From positions 1 to 64,000 of the forward strand of contig JBDKRC010000323.1 in assembly GCA_039683575.1 (NCBI GenBank): a stretch of 64,000 bases of DNA, read 5' to 3'. The notes under the pieces were generated by a model. That model did not search any database, was not told where the DNA came from, and saw nothing but the letters and a program-made list of their open reading frames with translations. Source of the DNA: Armatimonadia bacterium (GTDB lineage Bacteria; Armatimonadota; Zipacnadia; Zipacnadales; UBA11051). This document shows, piece after piece, positions 19,412-29,234 of this stretch (position 1 is its first letter; each line of letters begins with the position of its first letter). Position numbers and translations under genes: made by a program.

Positions 19412-19909
19412 CTACTTCTTCGGGGCGGCTATCGGCTGCTTGGGCTTGGGCGTCTCAGGCATCTCTCCGCCCATCGCCGCGACGACCTCGTCTTCAGTGG
19501 CAGGCTGGAGGTTGCCCTCAAGTGCCGCCTGCACGGCCGCCTCCAGGTCGGGGTGAGTCCAGATGTACCCGGCAGGCATGCGGAAGGACATCACTTTCGT
19601 GGTCTCGCCCTGCTTGAACTTCACGTTCGGGCTGCCGTTGATCTCGATGGTCATGCACTTGTGGCCCGAATCCTGCCAGCGCTGGGCGCCGGCGCCGCCA
19701 TCGCCAAAGTCCACGAACTCGACCTGAACGCGCGGGTCCTTTGCCGGCAAGCTCTTCAGCAGGTCCACCGTCTCCTGCTGGCAGCCGCTGCTGACGTTGA
19801 TATAGGCGAGTATCTTCACGGGCGGGGCCTGCGTGGCTGTGGGGCCACCAGCTTTGCAGCCGCACAGCGCCAGCATCCCCAGGAGCGATAGTGAGAGCAA
19901 CTGCTTCAT
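19412..19909 (-). CDS. Lipoprotein, possibly thioredoxin-like fold
   Basis: Lipobox LALCGC; GGAGGAG RBS; ILAYINVSSGCQ...VEFVDF...IEING pattern. Confidence 0.6.
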   Translation of the reverse strand: MKQLLSLSLLGMLALCGCKAGGPTATQAPPVKILAYINVSSGCQQETVDLLKSLPAKDPRVQVEFVDFGDGGAGAQRWQDSGHKCMTIEINGSPNVKFKQGETTKVMSFRMPAGYIWTHPDLEAAVQAALEGNLQPATEDEVVAAMGGEMPETPKPKQPIAAPKK

Positions 19910-20092
19910 GAGAAATGCTCCTCCACAAGAAGTGACTCAGTTTAGCATTTTCCGCGCGCGTCGAAAGAGGAAGAATCTCGGAAGGCGCCGCGCGCTGTAC
20001 GAAACTACTCATTGACTTGGCTTGTTAGACAATACAAGATGTTGGCTATTCCGGCCGGAACGTGGTCTGCTCCGGCTGATCGTGAGGCACGT

Positions 20093-23000
20093 ATGCTCCG
20101 CTATCTTTCCCCTCTACTGCTGCTCAGTCTGCTCGTGACGGTACCTCTGATCGCTCAGGAACCGGTTCTGACACCGGTGCCCATCCGTAACGGTGGCTTC
20201 AGTGAAGGCACTGATGCCAGGGGGATACCCGTAGGCTGGTCACAGTATGCGGGCTCACCCGCCGCTAAGTTCGAAGTCGCGCCGCAGAATGGCGCGCTGA
20301 TCATCGACGATCAGGACGCGACGGCGGAGATCGGAGTCGTGCAGTCCTTCGACGTCAAGCCGAACGTGGGCTATGAGGTGAGCGTGGACGTGAAGACCTT
20401 CGAGGGACGCTCAGCAGACGGAGCTTTCCTGCAGTTCCGGTTCCTGCCCTCGGGCCAGTTCACGCAGGTGGACCTCGGAACCGAGTCTACCGACAAGTTC
20501 GAGACAATCACCGCTCGTGGCTATGCGCCCGCGGACACCAGGCAGGCGCAGATCTACCTGTACTCACACCGCGAAACCACCCCGAAAGTGATGGTGGCGA
20601 ACGTGAAGGTAGTCTCCGGCGTCGCCCCGCCCCCACCGCCCCCGCCCGACCCGGTGCCGCCAGTCTATGACAAGCTCAAGGACCTGCACAGCATCATCCC
20701 GCTGGTGCAGGATGGCAAGGCCAACTGCAGCATCGTTGCGGGCAAGAACACCGCTGAAGCTCAGATCATCCAACAGGCCATCGAGAAGCTGACCGGCGTC
20801 AAGGTTCCCATCATCAAGGACAGCGATGCGGGGGCTGCGGTGCCGCTGACCCAGAATCTCATCGTGGTCGGCAACCGCAACACCAACAAGACCTCCAGCG
20901 GGCTGTATGACAACTATTACAGCCTGATAGACCTGAAGTATCCGGGCGCGGGCGGATATGTCATCCGCAGCCTCCACAACCCCTACGGCAACGGCTTCAG
21001 CGCGGTGCTCGTCGGTGGCAGTGACGCCGAGGGCTGTAAGGCTGCTGCTCAGGCGTTTGCACAGGCGAAGAACCTCAAGGCCAGCAAGGGCACACTGTCC
21101 GCCGGCTGGCTCATGGAGACGAAGCTTGGCGCAGGCGTCAAGGTACCGACCGACCTCAAGCAGTTCCTCACCTGGGAAGACTCCAAGGGCTACGGCAACA
21201 CTGGGTACTTCGGCTGGAATAGCATCAGCAAGCGCATGGCCATGTACTACATGACCGGCGACCCGTTCCATGCGCGTGAAGTCATTCGCCTGGCCTTCCC
21301 GGACAAGCAGGCGACCAAGGAACTTGAGGAGATTGACGGCGAGCGCATCGAGAACAAGCACGACCCTCTCGCCGGGCCATACCACTATAACGCGATGATG
21401 CTGATCCTGTACTGGGATCTCATTGAGGAGAGCCCGGTCTTCACGGACGAAGAGCGCCTGAAGGTCACGAACTCCTTCGCCCGACGGCTGGCGCACCCGC
21501 AAGACTTGGGCACCTACAAGCTTGACGCCATCCCCTCCGCCGTTGGCTCGCGCCATGGCCAGTGGTCGGCCATGCAGCTCTATACGTTGGGCCGCTACTT
21601 CAACAAGTACTATCCCTCGCCGCTGTGGGCGCACGCAGAGAGGGCCGGGAAGCTCCATTTTGCGTCTCTACACAAGCATGCGTGGGTCAACGGCGAGGCG
21701 GACAACCTCTACTGGTACAGTACCGGCACGGCTCCGCTGGTGACCTACCTGGTCATGACCGGGGACCGCAAGCCGCTCGAAAATGGCGTGCTGGCACAGC
21801 TTGTCAAGGCCCAGGAGGTGCTGATCTCCGGCCGTGTGCCTGACTGGGCGCTGAACTACGCCGCGCTTGATTATCTGCTCAAGACCGCCTACCTGACCAA
21901 TGACGGGCGCTGGCTGACCTATCTGCAGCGCACGCAGCAGGATACCGATACCTTCCGGTTGGGCCAGTCCTTCTGGCCGGACGAGAGCCTCAAGCCCTCG
22001 CTGCCCAATGATCTGGCGAACAAGTGGACCATCAACCAGATGCCCAAGCCCATGTGGGTTGGGCGCGGCAACGGTTTCACGCTGGACCAGTCGTTTCTCA
22101 ACGGCAGCTTCCGCAGCGCCCCCGATGCCTCCGGCGACTATGTCCTGCTGGACGGCTACAACGGCGCTTCGCGCAACCCGTACCATACCTATGACATCCT
22201 GGAACTGCGCCTGAACGGGCGCACGCTCCTCCAGGGGTATGCCAACCAGGTGCTGACCTCCGCCGATGGGATGGTCTCGCCGATTGTGCCTATGGACGGG
22301 GCCTTGCTCTACAGCGACGTACTGGGGACAACAGCGGTGGCCGTGGGCGAGGTGCCTAAGATGCCCTTCGCCTCATGGCGGCGCACTCTCGCCCAGCGCA
22401 CCGGCAGGTACTGCCTGATCGCCGACGACCTGAGGTTCGGTACTGATAGCCAGAACATGAAGGTGAGCACCAGTTGGGAACTGCAGGGCGGCGCCTGGAA
22501 CGCTAAGGAGCGCGCCATACGCTTCCAGGCCCCCGGTTCCGCAGTGGTGCTGCCCGGCTGGGTCTCCTTCCGCGCTGTCGATATGAAGTGCCGCACCAAG
22601 CCGGAATCGCCGGACATGATGGCGCCCCTGGATTCACTTGGCATAATGATACTGCGCGCCCGTGAAGCCGACTCGCACATCGAGATGCCGTTCAAGGTGA
22701 CGTCCGAGATCACTGGCGAAGCCTTCGTGGACTTCCTGAACTACACCGACCGCGGGGTTGTGCAGTGCTATCTCGACGGCAAGCCCTTGGGCGAGAAGTA
22801 TGACAACTATGCCGAGGGCGTCACCGAGGGCCGTGCACCGCTTGGGAAGGTCACGCTTACGCCGGGCGAGCACGTTCTGCGGGTGACGGCGCTTGAGGCG
22901 CATCCGGGCAACGACAGGATGTTCGTGGGTCTCAAGGGCCTGAGCATCAAGACGTCCCAGGCGATGGCTGAGGGCACCGCGAGCTTCTTTGAACTCCGCC

Positions 23001-24757
23001 CCTCCGACGTGCAGGAAACGACCGGCGGCGGGACGTGCGTAATGAACTGGGTTGGCGGGGTCAAGAAGGACGACCGGCGAGTGGCGTTCTACCTCCTCGG
23101 CCAGAACACCGACAAGGCTCCGGCGCCGTTGGCCTGCCTGCGGATCGCTCCGAACGCGGCGGCTTTGAGCCTGCCGACGCCAGCCGTGGCAGTGGCGGGT
23201 GAATACCAGGGGCTCAAGGGTGAGCTGCTTATTCTGGCGGCTGATCACCTCACAGGCCACAACCTCACCCTCGCCGGCGTCATGGCAGCCGATAAGCCCG
23301 TGAATGTGGACTGGGACTTCGCTGCCGGGGCAATGGACCTGGTCACCACTGCGCCAACCAGGGTCAACTTTGACCTGGAGAAGGCAGACGCCGTGCAGAT
23401 GGACGGCAAGCCTGTGCAGTTGCAGAAGGCGGGTCTGATGGCCGCGCTTGACGTGCCTGCCGGGCGCCACACCCTCGCCGGACTGAAGCCGGCCGGGCTT
23501 GCGAAGCTGCAGGGCGAGCTTGCGAACCTGCTGGCGGCTGGCGCCACGCAGCGACAGAAGGACATAGCCGCCGCCTCGGTAGTCCCCGCTGCGCCGCCCG
23601 CCTGGGCTGCGACGGGCACCGCCAACATCGGCGGCCGCGTCAGCAACCTCATCACCATCAACTCCTCGCAGGGCAAGCTGGTAGCCACTGCGGCAGACAA
23701 CGTGATCCACCTGCTCACGCCGACCGGGCAGGCGGTGCGCCGCTTCAACACTGACGGCAAAATCCGTACGCTGTACTGGTGGGACAAGCCCAAGCTCCTG
23801 CTCGCGGGGTGCGTGGATGAGAAGCTGATTGCCTTCGACGAGCAGGGCAACCGTAAGTGGGTCTTCATCTCCGAGATGGACCCGGCGGTCTACGAGGCCG
23901 CCAAGACGTACTGGTTCAAATCCGCCCCCGGCCATGAGGGCGTCCACGGGCTCTTCGCCGGCCAGTTCCTCGATGGCAAGGAGCAGTGCTTCGTCGGCGG
24001 CGCGTGCACGTTGGAGATCGTTGACGAGAACGGCAAGCTCGTGAAGCGCATGCCTGCCTTCTGGGGCCCGGGGTCGAAGTTCAACCTCATCCCGCGCGCC
24101 GACGGCAGCATTGATCTGCTCTTTGCCAAAGAGCCCACTGACTCGCATTCCATGTACATCCTGAACAACCGCACGATGCAACTGCGCCGCGCCTTCGATG
24201 GCGTGCCCTCCGGGCATACCTACGTCGGCGGCTGGGCCAATATGAGCCGCGACCACATCTTCCACGCCGACCTGGATGCTGATGGCAAGCAGGAGATCGT
24301 CTCGGAGATCAACGGCGCGTGGAACCGCATCACGGTGTGGAATGAGGACGGGGCCCCGCTCTACAACGCGCAGTTCGGCCCTGGCAACCCCATCCCGTAC
24401 CGCAACATGCGCGACGTGGACCTGGTGGACCTGAATGGCGATGGGAAGATCGAGATCATCACGGCAACCTCGCAGGGCCTCGTGGTGGCTCTCAACGCCC
24501 ACTGCGAGAAGGTCTGGTCGACGCGCTTGACCAGCCCCGCGACGGTGTTGAAGACGGTTGCGCAACCCGGCAAGCCCCCTACGATCGTGGTCGCCTGCGA
24601 AAACGGCAGCGTCCTGTCGCTCGACGCTCAGGGCAGCATCCAGAAGGCAGGGCAACTGGGATCAGCCGCGACGAAGATCGAGCTGGTTCAGACGCCCGAG
24701 GGGCCGCTCGTGTTACTCGGCGGCAGCAAGGGTGAGGTGGCGGTCTTCCAGCCGTAG
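20093..24757 (+). CDS. Large secreted modular protein (CBM-like, poly-Pro linker, lyase/heparinase-like core, C-terminal FG-GAP beta-propeller)
   Basis: Signal peptide, IRNGGFSEG, a Pro7 run, and DLDADGKQEI / DLNGDGKIEI calcium-binding loops. Confidence 0.65.
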   Translation: MLRYLSPLLLLSLLVTVPLIAQEPVLTPVPIRNGGFSEGTDARGIPVGWSQYAGSPAAKFEVAPQNGALIIDDQDATAEIGVVQSFDVKPNVGYEVSVDVKTFEGRSADGAFLQFRFLPSGQFTQVDLGTESTDKFETITARGYAPADTRQAQIYLYSHRETTPKVMVANVKVVSGVAPPPPPPPDPVPPVYDKLKDLHSIIPLVQDGKANCSIVAGKNTAEAQIIQQAIEKLTGVKVPIIKDSDAGAAVPLTQNLIVVGNRNTNKTSSGLYDNYYSLIDLKYPGAGGYVIRSLHNPYGNGFSAVLVGGSDAEGCKAAAQAFAQAKNLKASKGTLSAGWLMETKLGAGVKVPTDLKQFLTWEDSKGYGNTGYFGWNSISKRMAMYYMTGDPFHAREVIRLAFPDKQATKELEEIDGERIENKHDPLAGPYHYNAMMLILYWDLIEESPVFTDEERLKVTNSFARRLAHPQDLGTYKLDAIPSAVGSRHGQWSAMQLYTLGRYFNKYYPSPLWAHAERAGKLHFASLHKHAWVNGEADNLYWYSTGTAPLVTYLVMTGDRKPLENGVLAQLVKAQEVLISGRVPDWALNYAALDYLLKTAYLTNDGRWLTYLQRTQQDTDTFRLGQSFWPDESLKPSLPNDLANKWTINQMPKPMWVGRGNGFTLDQSFLNGSFRSAPDASGDYVLLDGYNGASRNPYHTYDILELRLNGRTLLQGYANQVLTSADGMVSPIVPMDGALLYSDVLGTTAVAVGEVPKMPFASWRRTLAQRTGRYCLIADDLRFGTDSQNMKVSTSWELQGGAWNAKERAIRFQAPGSAVVLPGWVSFRAVDMKCRTKPESPDMMAPLDSLGIMILRAREADSHIEMPFKVTSEITGEAFVDFLNYTDRGVVQCYLDGKPLGEKYDNYAEGVTEGRAPLGKVTLTPGEHVLRVTALEAHPGNDRMFVGLKGLSIKTSQAMAEGTASFFELRPSDVQETTGGGTCVMNWVGGVKKDDRRVAFYLLGQNTDKAPAPLACLRIAPNAAALSLPTPAVAVAGEYQGLKGELLILAADHLTGHNLTLAGVMAADKPVNVDWDFAAGAMDLVTTAPTRVNFDLEKADAVQMDGKPVQLQKAGLMAALDVPAGRHTLAGLKPAGLAKLQGELANLLAAGATQRQKDIAAASVVPAAPPAWAATGTANIGGRVSNLITINSSQGKLVATAADNVIHLLTPTGQAVRRFNTDGKIRTLYWWDKPKLLLAGCVDEKLIAFDEQGNRKWVFISEMDPAVYEAAKTYWFKSAPGHEGVHGLFAGQFLDGKEQCFVGGACTLEIVDENGKLVKRMPAFWGPGSKFNLIPRADGSIDLLFAKEPTDSHSMYILNNRTMQLRRAFDGVPSGHTYVGGWANMSRDHIFHADLDADGKQEIVSEINGAWNRITVWNEDGAPLYNAQFGPGNPIPYRNMRDVDLVDLNGDGKIEIITATSQGLVVALNAHCEKVWSTRLTSPATVLKTVAQPGKPPTIVVACENGSVLSLDAQGSIQKAGQLGSAATKIELVQTPEGPLVLLGGSKGEVAVFQP

Positions 24758-24775
24758 CCGTACAGCCCCAAACGC

Positions 24776-24811
24776 AAAAAGCCCGCTCTCACATCGAGAG
24801 CGGGCTTTTTC
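24776..24811. terminator. Bidirectional terminator
   Basis: AAAAAGCCCGCTCTC-ACATC-GAGAGCGGGCTTTTT. Confidence 0.9.
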
Positions 24812-24824
24812 ATTGCTTCGCTTC

Positions 24825-26366
24825 TTATATTGTGCCGGTCGGCTGCTGCCGCTGCCTGCGCTTGTGCGCCACCACCCGGCATAGCGTGCCGTTGAGGTCC
24901 TTGATGGTCACCGGCTTGGCGAGTACTGCATCGGTCCGGCCGTCATCATTGCCGCCGACCTTCTCGCCCCACCCGGTAAGCAGCACCACTGCTGCCTGCG
25001 GCTGAAGCTTGCGGGCCAGATAGGCCACTTCCCACCCGTCCACATCCGGCATCACGAGGTCCAGCACCAGCGCATCATAGCCATCCTGGTAGCGAATGAG
25101 ACTCATGGCCTGCCGCCCGTCCACGGCCTGGCTCACGCGGTGCCCCAGGCTCTCCAGCGACAGCGCCACCGTCTCTCGCACCCCCGGCTCATCGTCTACG
25201 ACCAGCACATTCAGGTTGCGCAGCAACTCCGGCACATCATCCGGCTTGTGCCGTAGTTCCCGCCTGACGGCCTTGAGGTTCGCCAGCGGCAGCGTGAGGC
25301 TTACTTCCGTGCCGGTGCCCGGCCGACTGCTCAGCGACAACCTGCCGCCAGAGCGGGTGACGATACCATGCACGACACTCAGCCCGAGGCCAAGATGCCC
25401 GGCCGCCTTGGTGCTGAAGAAAGGTTCGCAGGCCTGCCCGAGAGCCTGCTCCGTCATCCCCTGGCCGGTATCGCTGATTCGTATGATGGCTTCTTTGCGC
25501 TCGCACGCTACCGAGACGCAGACTTCGCCGCCCTCCGGCATTGCTTCACGGGCATTGTTGAGCAGGTGGCTGATGATGTCGCGGATATCCGGTGCGCTGG
25601 CCAGGACGTGCAAGTCCTCGGCCGCCTCGATCCTGAGATGCAGCGGGGTTCGTGATCCTGAAGCCGCCTCGGCGTCCGCCCAGCGAGCCTCGGCCGCAGT
25701 GCGCACCAACTGCCCCAAATCCACGAGGTCCTGATCCGGGCTGGGCCGCGAGCCGCTGAAATCCTCGAGTTGCTGGAGAATGCGCGCCCCCTCGCCGGCC
25801 TTCTCATAGATAATCTGCACGCATTCATTGCAGGCGGCGTTGTCACAGTCGGCGCGCGTCATCTCAGCCCGCAACAGGATCGTCGCCAGGAGGTTGTTGA
25901 AATCATGCGCGAAGGAACGGACGAGTTGCCCCTGAGCGTGCAACCTCTCCTTGCGCACCAGCCGTTCCTGCTCCTGGCGGGCGGCTGCTGCCTGCGAGCG
26001 CGCGGTCTTAAGCTGCAGGGCAGCAAGCGCCAGCCGGGCCACCAGGGCAAGCTGCTCCGCCATGCCGGCCGGGCCCTCCCCGTTGTCCGGGCACACTGCC
26101 ACGGCGCGTGACGCTCCCCGCTGACGGTAGGCGAGCGCCCAGGCAGGCCCGTCAGGCGTGTTCACCTGCATGGGGTTTTCAGTCCGAACCTCCGCCGTTG
26201 CCTGTTCCCATTCAGTCAGGACCTCCGGCGAAAGGCGCCGCAACGAGAGTTCCTGGGTATTCCATTCATACAAGGCCCGTTCACTGCCGCTTGAGGTGTA
26301 TGCGAGGCAGTGCCGGGCGCTTGCTTCAGGGCCCCCCGATTCGGTCCGCTCCTCGGTGTTTGCCAT
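24825..26366 (-). CDS. Cytoplasmic hybrid histidine kinase / response regulator
   Basis: H-box AHDFNNLL, N-box LLNNAREA, G boxes DTGQGM and GLGL, REC domain VVDDE...LDLVMP...KP; start codon uncertain. Confidence 0.85.
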   Translation of the reverse strand: MANTEERTESGGPEASARHCLAYTSSGSERALYEWNTQELSLRRLSPEVLTEWEQATAEVRTENPMQVNTPDGPAWALAYRQRGASRAVAVCPDNGEGPAGMAEQLALVARLALAALQLKTARSQAAAARQEQERLVRKERLHAQGQLVRSFAHDFNNLLATILLRAEMTRADCDNAACNECVQIIYEKAGEGARILQQLEDFSGSRPSPDQDLVDLGQLVRTAAEARWADAEAASGSRTPLHLRIEAAEDLHVLASAPDIRDIISHLLNNAREAMPEGGEVCVSVACERKEAIIRISDTGQGMTEQALGQACEPFFSTKAAGHLGLGLSVVHGIVTRSGGRLSLSSRPGTGTEVSLTLPLANLKAVRRELRHKPDDVPELLRNLNVLVVDDEPGVRETVALSLESLGHRVSQAVDGRQAMSLIRYQDGYDALVLDLVMPDVDGWEVAYLARKLQPQAAVVLLTGWGEKVGGNDDGRTDAVLAKPVTIKDLNGTLCRVVAHKRRQRQQPTGTI

Positions 26367-26631
26367 CTCACAATCCTTGTCGCGCCCGGACGCAGACACA
26401 TACGACTGCGTCAAGTCCACGCGTTTCGGCAGCCCCCAGGATGGCGCCGGTCTCACGTCATATGCAATATAGGCCCAGGCTATCAAATGGATGGCAACGG
26501 GGACTCAAGATGGACGCAAGAAGGGCAGGATGAGAGGAAAGAAAGGGGACAAGACTGATCAAGTTCTACGCAAATCACACATGATGCTGCAATGACCGTC
26601 CATGGCGACGGCGGCCCGCGTTTCAGGGCAT

Positions 26632-27162
26632 CTACGCCTCGATAAGCTGTGGTGCGAAAGGCTCCAGATAGTCGCGCCAGTGCGGGTTCTTGGCCGCTGC
26701 CGCAAAGGTCGCAAATGACAGGTAGGGGATGAAACGCGGACGGCGCGGCTTGCGCAGCAGCGCCATGTCGGCCTCCCGCAGCGTCTTACTCCCCTTCTTG
26801 TTGTTGCACTTCATGCAGCAGGCCACGAGGTTGTCCCAGGAGGCGGGCCCACCCTTCTGCCGGGGAATGACATGGTCAATGGTGAGGTCGCGCGAGCTAT
26901 GCCCGCAGTACTGGCAGGTATGACCGTCCCGCGCCAGGACGGCCCGGCGCGAGAGCTTCAGCTCGGGCAGGGGCCGGCGGATGGGGTTGGCCAGACGGAC
27001 CACCGTGGGAAGAAGCAGCTCCGTGTTTGGCCCATGTACCACCTGCGTATCATGCTCAAGTGCAATCGCCTTGCCCAGGCAAAGCAAGGAGACGGCGCGC
27101 CGCCAACTGCAGACATTCAGCGGCTCGTAATTCTGATTCAGCACAAGTACCTGATTGTTCAT
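26632..27162 (-). CDS. Small HNH endonuclease (McrA-like, VLVLNxxYEP N-terminus)
   Basis: RDGHTCQYCG...TIDHVIP...GG..WDNLVACCMKCNNKKG. Confidence 0.92.
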   Translation of the reverse strand: MNNQVLVLNQNYEPLNVCSWRRAVSLLCLGKAIALEHDTQVVHGPNTELLLPTVVRLANPIRRPLPELKLSRRAVLARDGHTCQYCGHSSRDLTIDHVIPRQKGGPASWDNLVACCMKCNNKKGSKTLREADMALLRKPRRPRFIPYLSFATFAAAAKNPHWRDYLEPFAPQLIEA

Positions 27163-27206
27163 GCGACATACACCGTAGAAGAAGGCTTCGGATCATCTAC
27201 CTCAGG

Positions 27207-27244
27207 AAAAAGAAGAACCCGCAGACCTCGAGGGTTGCGGGTTC
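27207..27244 (-). terminator. Attenuator-type intrinsic terminator 5' of the HNH gene
   Basis: Minus strand GAACCCGCAACC-CTCGA-GGTCTGCGGGTTC-TTCTTTTT. Confidence 0.8.
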
Positions 27245-27362
27245 AGAAACACGTTCGCAGGCACAGACAGGACTCGTAAAGCCCGTGTATCCGGAAACAG
27301 GCAGTCCTGTTGAACAGGGCCTGCCGATGCCATAGTTGTTGCTTGCCGAGACGCAGTAACAT
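27243..27362 (-). CDS. Putative 39-aa leader peptide MLLRLGKQQLWHRQALFNRTACFRIHGLYESCLCLRTCF
   Basis: AAGGAAG RBS upstream of the ATG; stop TGA overlaps the terminator 5' arm; contains TTA, CTA, AGG, ATA and CGA codons. Confidence 0.6.
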   Translation of the reverse strand: MLLRLGKQQLWHRQALFNRTACFRIHGLYESCLCLRTCF

Positions 27363-27430
27363 CACGTCTTCCTTTTTGGCAGGGAAGTCAGCGAGGCCGG
27401 CGCCATCGCAGCGGCACCGTGCCCGGCATA

Positions 27431-27460
27431 ATAATACCAAAAACGGCCTGTTCTTGTCAA
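27431..27460 (-). promoter_or_regulatory. Sigma70-type promoter for the leader/HNH unit
   Basis: TTGACA-N18-TATTAT with an extended -10 TG. Confidence 0.7.
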
Positions 27461-27601
27461 AGAGGAGCATGGGCTGGACCGCCCGTATCACCATGCAGGT
27501 ACACCGCCATCAGCGTCGAAGCTGTGTGCGGTTCCTGAACCCTACGGGATCTCCCCCCGAACCTCGGGTTGACCAACTTGAAGCGAAGGAAGTGACAGTT
27601 C

Positions 27602-28993
27602 ATGTCAGACCTTGTTGCCGGGTTAGCCGCCGCCGACATCACGCCTCCCCTCGGCGTTGCCATGGCCGGGTACGGTGCGCGCGACAAGCCCGCTGAGAGC
27701 CTTGTGGACCCACTGCAGGCGCAGGCGTTGGTGCTTGGCTCCGGTGACCGCTATGCTGCAATAGTCTGCACCGATCTCATTGGGCTGCACCCGGATGTAT
27801 ATGTGCCGGTACGCGAACAGGCTGCGACCCTGTGTGGAATTGACCCCCATGCCATCATGGTCTGCTGCAGTCATACCCACTGGGGCCCGATCGTCAGTGG
27901 TGGGCGGTACATGCCCCAGTACCTGCTCGATACCATCTCGGAGGAGTACCGCCTGACGCTCATCAAGACGCTCGCGGGCCTGGTAGTGGAGGCGAAGGCC
28001 AAGGCCGTCCCCGTCACCGCAGGCTACGGGGCAGGCTTTGCCGACCGCATTACCTTCAACCGCCGCAACGTCGGGGATGACTTCAAGACCGAGATGCACC
28101 TGGTGCTTGATCCGCCTGCCGCCCACGCCGCCTCGGCGGAGGGAAACCGCCTCGCACGGGCGTGGCAGCGCGGCGAGCACAAGGGCCCGCGACTGAGCGG
28201 CCCGCTGCCGGAAGTCAGCGGCAAGCGTGTCGGGCCGGCCGACGCCGAAGTCACCGTTCTGCGGCTGCAGAAGACCTCCGGCGAGCCCTTTGCCGGCCTT
28301 GTCAACTTCGCCTGTCACGCCGTGTGCGGTGGCGGCGACTTCTACGGCTTCTCGGCTGACTTCCCCGGCTACGCCCGGAGTGTATTTGCGGACTTAATTG
28401 GCGCGCCGATGCTCTTTGCGGCGGGTGCCTCGGGCGATCAGGTCCCGCGTTGGCGCCAGAATGACGCCCGCCAGCGCGTGGGCAAGTCGATGGGCGCCGA
28501 GGCTGCCCGCGTGTGGCTGCAGACGGATGAGCAGCGCGCCGACCTGCCGCTGGCAACGGCCTATGAAGTCGTCAACCTGCCTCTGAGCGACAAGATCATC
28601 CCGGCAGAGCAGGCTCGCGCGAATCTCGCCGCCAAGCCCAATCCAGAGGGCACCGACGCTGTATACGAACGCTGCATGGTGGAACTCGCCGAAGAGACCG
28701 AGGGGTTGACCGAAGGCTATCCGGCCGAGGTCTGGGCCATGGCGGTTGGTGATCTCGGCATTGTAGGTGTGCCCGGTGAGGTGCTTACGGAGATAGGCCT
28801 GCAGATCAAGCAGCGCTCGCCCTTCGCGCATACCATGGTTGTCAGCCTCGCCAACGGCTGCATCGGGTACCTGCCCACCGATGATGCTGTAGACGAAGGT
28901 GGCTACGAGCCCGGCTGGACTCCGGTCGGCCAGGGCACCGAGAAGATGCTCGTGCAGACCAGCGTATCGCTCCTCCAGCAGCTCCACGGCTAG
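27602..28993 (+). CDS. Neutral/alkaline ceramidase-like zinc hydrolase family protein
   Basis: ADITPP...MAGY, DPL, CSHTHWGP, NRR, NFACHA, SADFPG, PGEV and GYLPT...GGYE. Confidence 0.8.
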   Translation: MSDLVAGLAAADITPPLGVAMAGYGARDKPAESLVDPLQAQALVLGSGDRYAAIVCTDLIGLHPDVYVPVREQAATLCGIDPHAIMVCCSHTHWGPIVSGGRYMPQYLLDTISEEYRLTLIKTLAGLVVEAKAKAVPVTAGYGAGFADRITFNRRNVGDDFKTEMHLVLDPPAAHAASAEGNRLARAWQRGEHKGPRLSGPLPEVSGKRVGPADAEVTVLRLQKTSGEPFAGLVNFACHAVCGGGDFYGFSADFPGYARSVFADLIGAPMLFAAGASGDQVPRWRQNDARQRVGKSMGAEAARVWLQTDEQRADLPLATAYEVVNLPLSDKIIPAEQARANLAAKPNPEGTDAVYERCMVELAEETEGLTEGYPAEVWAMAVGDLGIVGVPGEVLTEIGLQIKQRSPFAHTMVVSLANGCIGYLPTDDAVDEGGYEPGWTPVGQGTEKMLVQTSVSLLQQLHG

Positions 28994-29234
28994 TCCGTAC
29001 GGGGGCCGGGTTCGCCAGCAGCGCGGATCCGGCCCCTGCCCCTTCTTCCTCTTCCCTCAAGCTCTGCCAAAAAGCCCCCCATTATCAGGTCTGCCCTGAT
29101 TGGAATGGATGCGCCGCGACCGTAGACTGCTATACACAGGGCCACCGCAGGACTGGGGGTACCGGTGGCGCACAGCAGGCCATACTGAGGCAGGGCAGCC
29201 AGGCGATGGCTGGCCAGGTGGAGGAGGAAAGAGT

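Noticed and set aside
22634-24655. Long antisense ORFs (this 673-aa one, 59102-60832, 7568-9040 and others)
   Set aside because: Shadow ORFs expected opposite real genes in high-GC DNA, with no recognisable domains.
26632-27362. IscB/HEARO (OMEGA) RNA-guided nuclease locus
   Set aside because: The protein is only 176 aa with no PLMP or split RuvC motifs, and the upstream region reads as a leader ORF plus terminator rather than a large omega RNA.
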